This document shows, piece after piece, positions 61,891 through 64,000 of a DNA stretch of 64,000 nt. The DNA is from an uncultured delta proteobacterium (GTDB lineage Bacteria; Desulfobacterota; Binatia; JACPRU01): contig CAVUWD010000015.1 in the NCBI GenBank assembly GCA_963745025.1, forward strand, positions 36,441-100,440, read 5' to 3'. A program made the translations under genes and the position numbers. Position 1 is the stretch's first letter. Each line of letters begins with the position of its first letter. The notes beneath the pieces were generated by a model. It was given only the letters and a program-made list of their open reading frames with translations, ran no database searches and was not told the origin of the DNA.

Positions 61891-62228
61891 TGCGTCGCGG
61901 AGAAATTTGGTGGGCATCTCTTCGCGAGCCCCGAGGATCCGAACCTGGTTACCGCCGTCCGTTGGTAGTCGTTCAATCCGATGACTTTACTGAGAGTCGA
62001 ATCCAAACCGTTATCGGTGCCGTCGTGACGTCCAATACCCGACTTGCCCTTGCGCCCGGTAATCTCCTTCTGCGAAAAAAAGGTAGCGGTCTTTCGCGCG
62101 ATTCGGTGGTCAACGTTTCGCAGCTCATCACGGTCAATAAATCGTCCCTTACCGAACGCGTCGGGCGCCTCTCTTCGGCGCAGCTTCAGCAGCTTAGCGA
62201 GGGTCTGCGCCTTGTTCTTGAGCTGTAG
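61890..62228 (+). CDS. mazF: PemK/MazF-family toxin
   Basis: MRRGEIWWA.L.EPRGSEPGYRRP.VVVQSD.F, GL.RDSVVNVSQL.TV.K. Confidence 0.9.
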   Translation: MRRGEIWWASLREPRGSEPGYRRPLVVVQSDDFTESRIQTVIGAVVTSNTRLALAPGNLLLRKKGSGLSRDSVVNVSQLITVNKSSLTERVGRLSSAQLQQLSEGLRLVLEL

Positions 62229-62444
62229 GGCGCCCACCCGACCAGCATGTCGGAGCGGTCCAGCGCGCCGCGGCCGCATCTCCGGCATGGGTGGGGCAGC
62301 GATCTCTGCGATCATCGTGACAATCAACGACGCGCTCGCACTCGAAGCGGCTGAAGGAAGCCGTCGATTGCCGCATCGCGGAGCACGCCGCCGATGACCC
62401 GAGCCCACCTTTCGAAACTTCCCAAGGTTCGCTCCGCGAATGAT

Positions 62445-62775
62445 TCAGAGTCGCCAGGCAAGCGGGATCACCGCGATGGCAACCACCCCGCAGAGCACAT
62501 CGAGCGGCAGCCCGATGCGCACGAAGTCCGTGTAGCGATACCCGCCGGGCCCGTTGACGATGAGGTGGGTGGTGTAGCCGAACGGGGTGGCGAACGCGCA
62601 GCTCGCGGCCACGGTGATCGCGATGACGAAGGCGCGGGGATCGACGCCGAGGTCGCCTGCCGCCGCGACTCCGATCGGGAACATCAACGCCGCCGCGGCG
62701 TTGTGATTGATGACCTCGGTCAAGGCGACGGTCGCGAAGTAGATCACCGCGAGTGTTCCGACCGGACCGAACGAG
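62445..62775 (-). pseudogene. SLC13/citrate-type permease C-terminal fragment, preceded by a tiny IS630-like remnant (~62790-62835)
   Basis: LTEVINHNAAAALMFPI, AASCAFATPFGY.THLIV.GPGGYRY.DF.RIG.PL. The upstream EHIWGYWKKHELPN resembles an IS630 transposase. Confidence 0.75.
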
Positions 62776-63020
62776 GCGCTCGAAACGAGGGTTCGGCAGC
62801 TCGTGCTTCTTCCAGTAGCCCCAGATGTGCTCTGTCGCGGTAGGGACCGGAGTCGCCCCCGGAGAGATCGCGGATGCCGCTCGCAGTCTCGAGAAGCCAA
62901 CGAGCTTGGCTAAGGACGGATGCGTAGCGTCGTAGGGAATCGCCACGACAGCGGGACTCCGTCCCGAACCTGCTTTCAATTCCTTCATTGCCCTTCCTCC
63001 AAACGCTGAGGCCGAAAACG

Positions 63021-63056
63021 AAAAAAGCCCCGGGAGGGCATTCCTCCCGGGGCTTT
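63021..63056 (-). terminator. Rho-independent terminator-like hairpin
   Basis: A GC-rich stem (AAAGCCCCGGGAGG ... CCTCCCGGGGCTTT) followed by a T run on the minus strand. Confidence 0.7.
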
Positions 63057-63485
63057 CGACAGACACCTCGGCCGTTGGTTCTATCTGACTAGATTATGAC
63101 GCGGCTTGACCAGAAAGTTTACTAATTCTGAGCAGATATCGTGCTTCGCGAAGGTGCGGGGAAGAATGACGCTACTGGGCGGAAAGGGTCGTCGCGGTTC
63201 GATCAAAGGTTTACCTGCCCCAGACGTCTGCCTATTGGCGTATGGGACTCAAGATTGCAGTCTCGTCCGGGGCTAGCCTTCTCCCCGACGCCCAAACGTT
63301 CGACCGTGAGCGAGCCCTAGACGCTGGGAACTCCGGGAACTCCACAGGTCTCCCAGCAGATCTATATATAAGCGCCACCTCCCGCTATGATGTTATCTGA
63401 CGCCGCTCGATGGCGCGGTGGCGATCGAGATTGCGCCAGTGCCGGAGTGAGCTGCTCAGCGTCTTTCGTGCTGATTATTCTGTCT

Positions 63486-63932
63486 ATGCTGTCTCGTGCG
63501 GCCCGCCGGTTCCTCCTCTGGGCTCCGCCGCTGGGCTACATGTATTTCATCTTCTTTCTCTCGAGCGAATCGGATCCCCTGCCGTCGCTGACGCGCGTGG
63601 TCTGGGACAAGGCGCTCCACGGGACGGGGTACGCCGCGTTGGGTGCGCTGATTGCGCGCGGATTCGCGGGCGAAGGGCTGTCGTGGCGCCGCGCCTGGCT
63701 GCTAGCGGCGATCGCCTCGTCGACCTACGGCGTCAGCGACGAATATCACCAGTCGCTTGTAGCGGGTCGCGACGCCGATGTGCTCGATTGGGTGGCTGAC
63801 ACGATCGGATCCTCAGTCGGCGCAGGCGTCTTCGTCGGGTTCCTGGGAATCTGGCGCCATCAGCTCGTCTCGCGCTGGCCAGGCCTAGGCCGATGGCACA
63901 CCCTGGTCGGCACCGAGCCCCCGCCGCTCTAG
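63486..63932 (+). CDS. VanZ-family membrane protein
   Basis: IFFLSS, WDKALH..GYA.LG, YGVSDEYHQSLV.GR....DWVADTIG. Confidence 0.85.
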   Translation: MLSRAARRFLLWAPPLGYMYFIFFLSSESDPLPSLTRVVWDKALHGTGYAALGALIARGFAGEGLSWRRAWLLAAIASSTYGVSDEYHQSLVAGRDADVLDWVADTIGSSVGAGVFVGFLGIWRHQLVSRWPGLGRWHTLVGTEPPPL

Positions 63933-64000
63933 TCCGAGACAGGCCTGCAGGCCGCTTCCTGCTGACTCCCCTCTCCGCCTGGTCGATGAGGTTATGTCGG

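Overview
High-GC bacterial DNA. The gene content suggests a deltaproteobacterial/Binatota-like genome, which is inference. The window is a mosaic with many truncated or frameshifted genes and IS remnants. From left to right it holds: the 3' end of a sod gene; a decayed trehalose/alpha-glucan cluster (treZ, maltokinase remnant, treS, glgE fragment, a second treS fragment, malQ); assorted accessory genes; and a TetR-linked lactonase plus CoA/beta-oxidation cluster. An intact tRNA-Sec gene (28812-28906) follows. Its 3' end is duplicated at about 45018-45046 and 52109-52135, which defines two tandem, integrase-less islands with conserved arm sequences. Each island's right arm also holds a tRNA-Ala-like 3' fragment, inverted in one copy. 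The island cargo is cell-envelope modification: GT-C-like glycosyltransferases (three with discoidin domains), alkaline-phosphatase-superfamily enzymes, a small RHH-LxxLGY protein, an EMC3/DUF106-like membrane protein and a methyltransferase. The right part holds an aldo/keto reductase, a Cys-rich secreted beta-helix protein, an SGNH hydrolase, two toxin-antitoxin pairs and vanZ. It also has a putative sigma54-driven exosortase E/CPBP locus whose two VPEID-CTERM substrates carry only about 3-7 residues of passenger. The best candidates for new biology are the tRNA-Sec tandem glycan islands with dual-tRNA att arms, the AlkP/RHH-LGY/EMC3-like operon, and the VPEID micro-peptide system. All family assignments come from motif recognition, not database searches.
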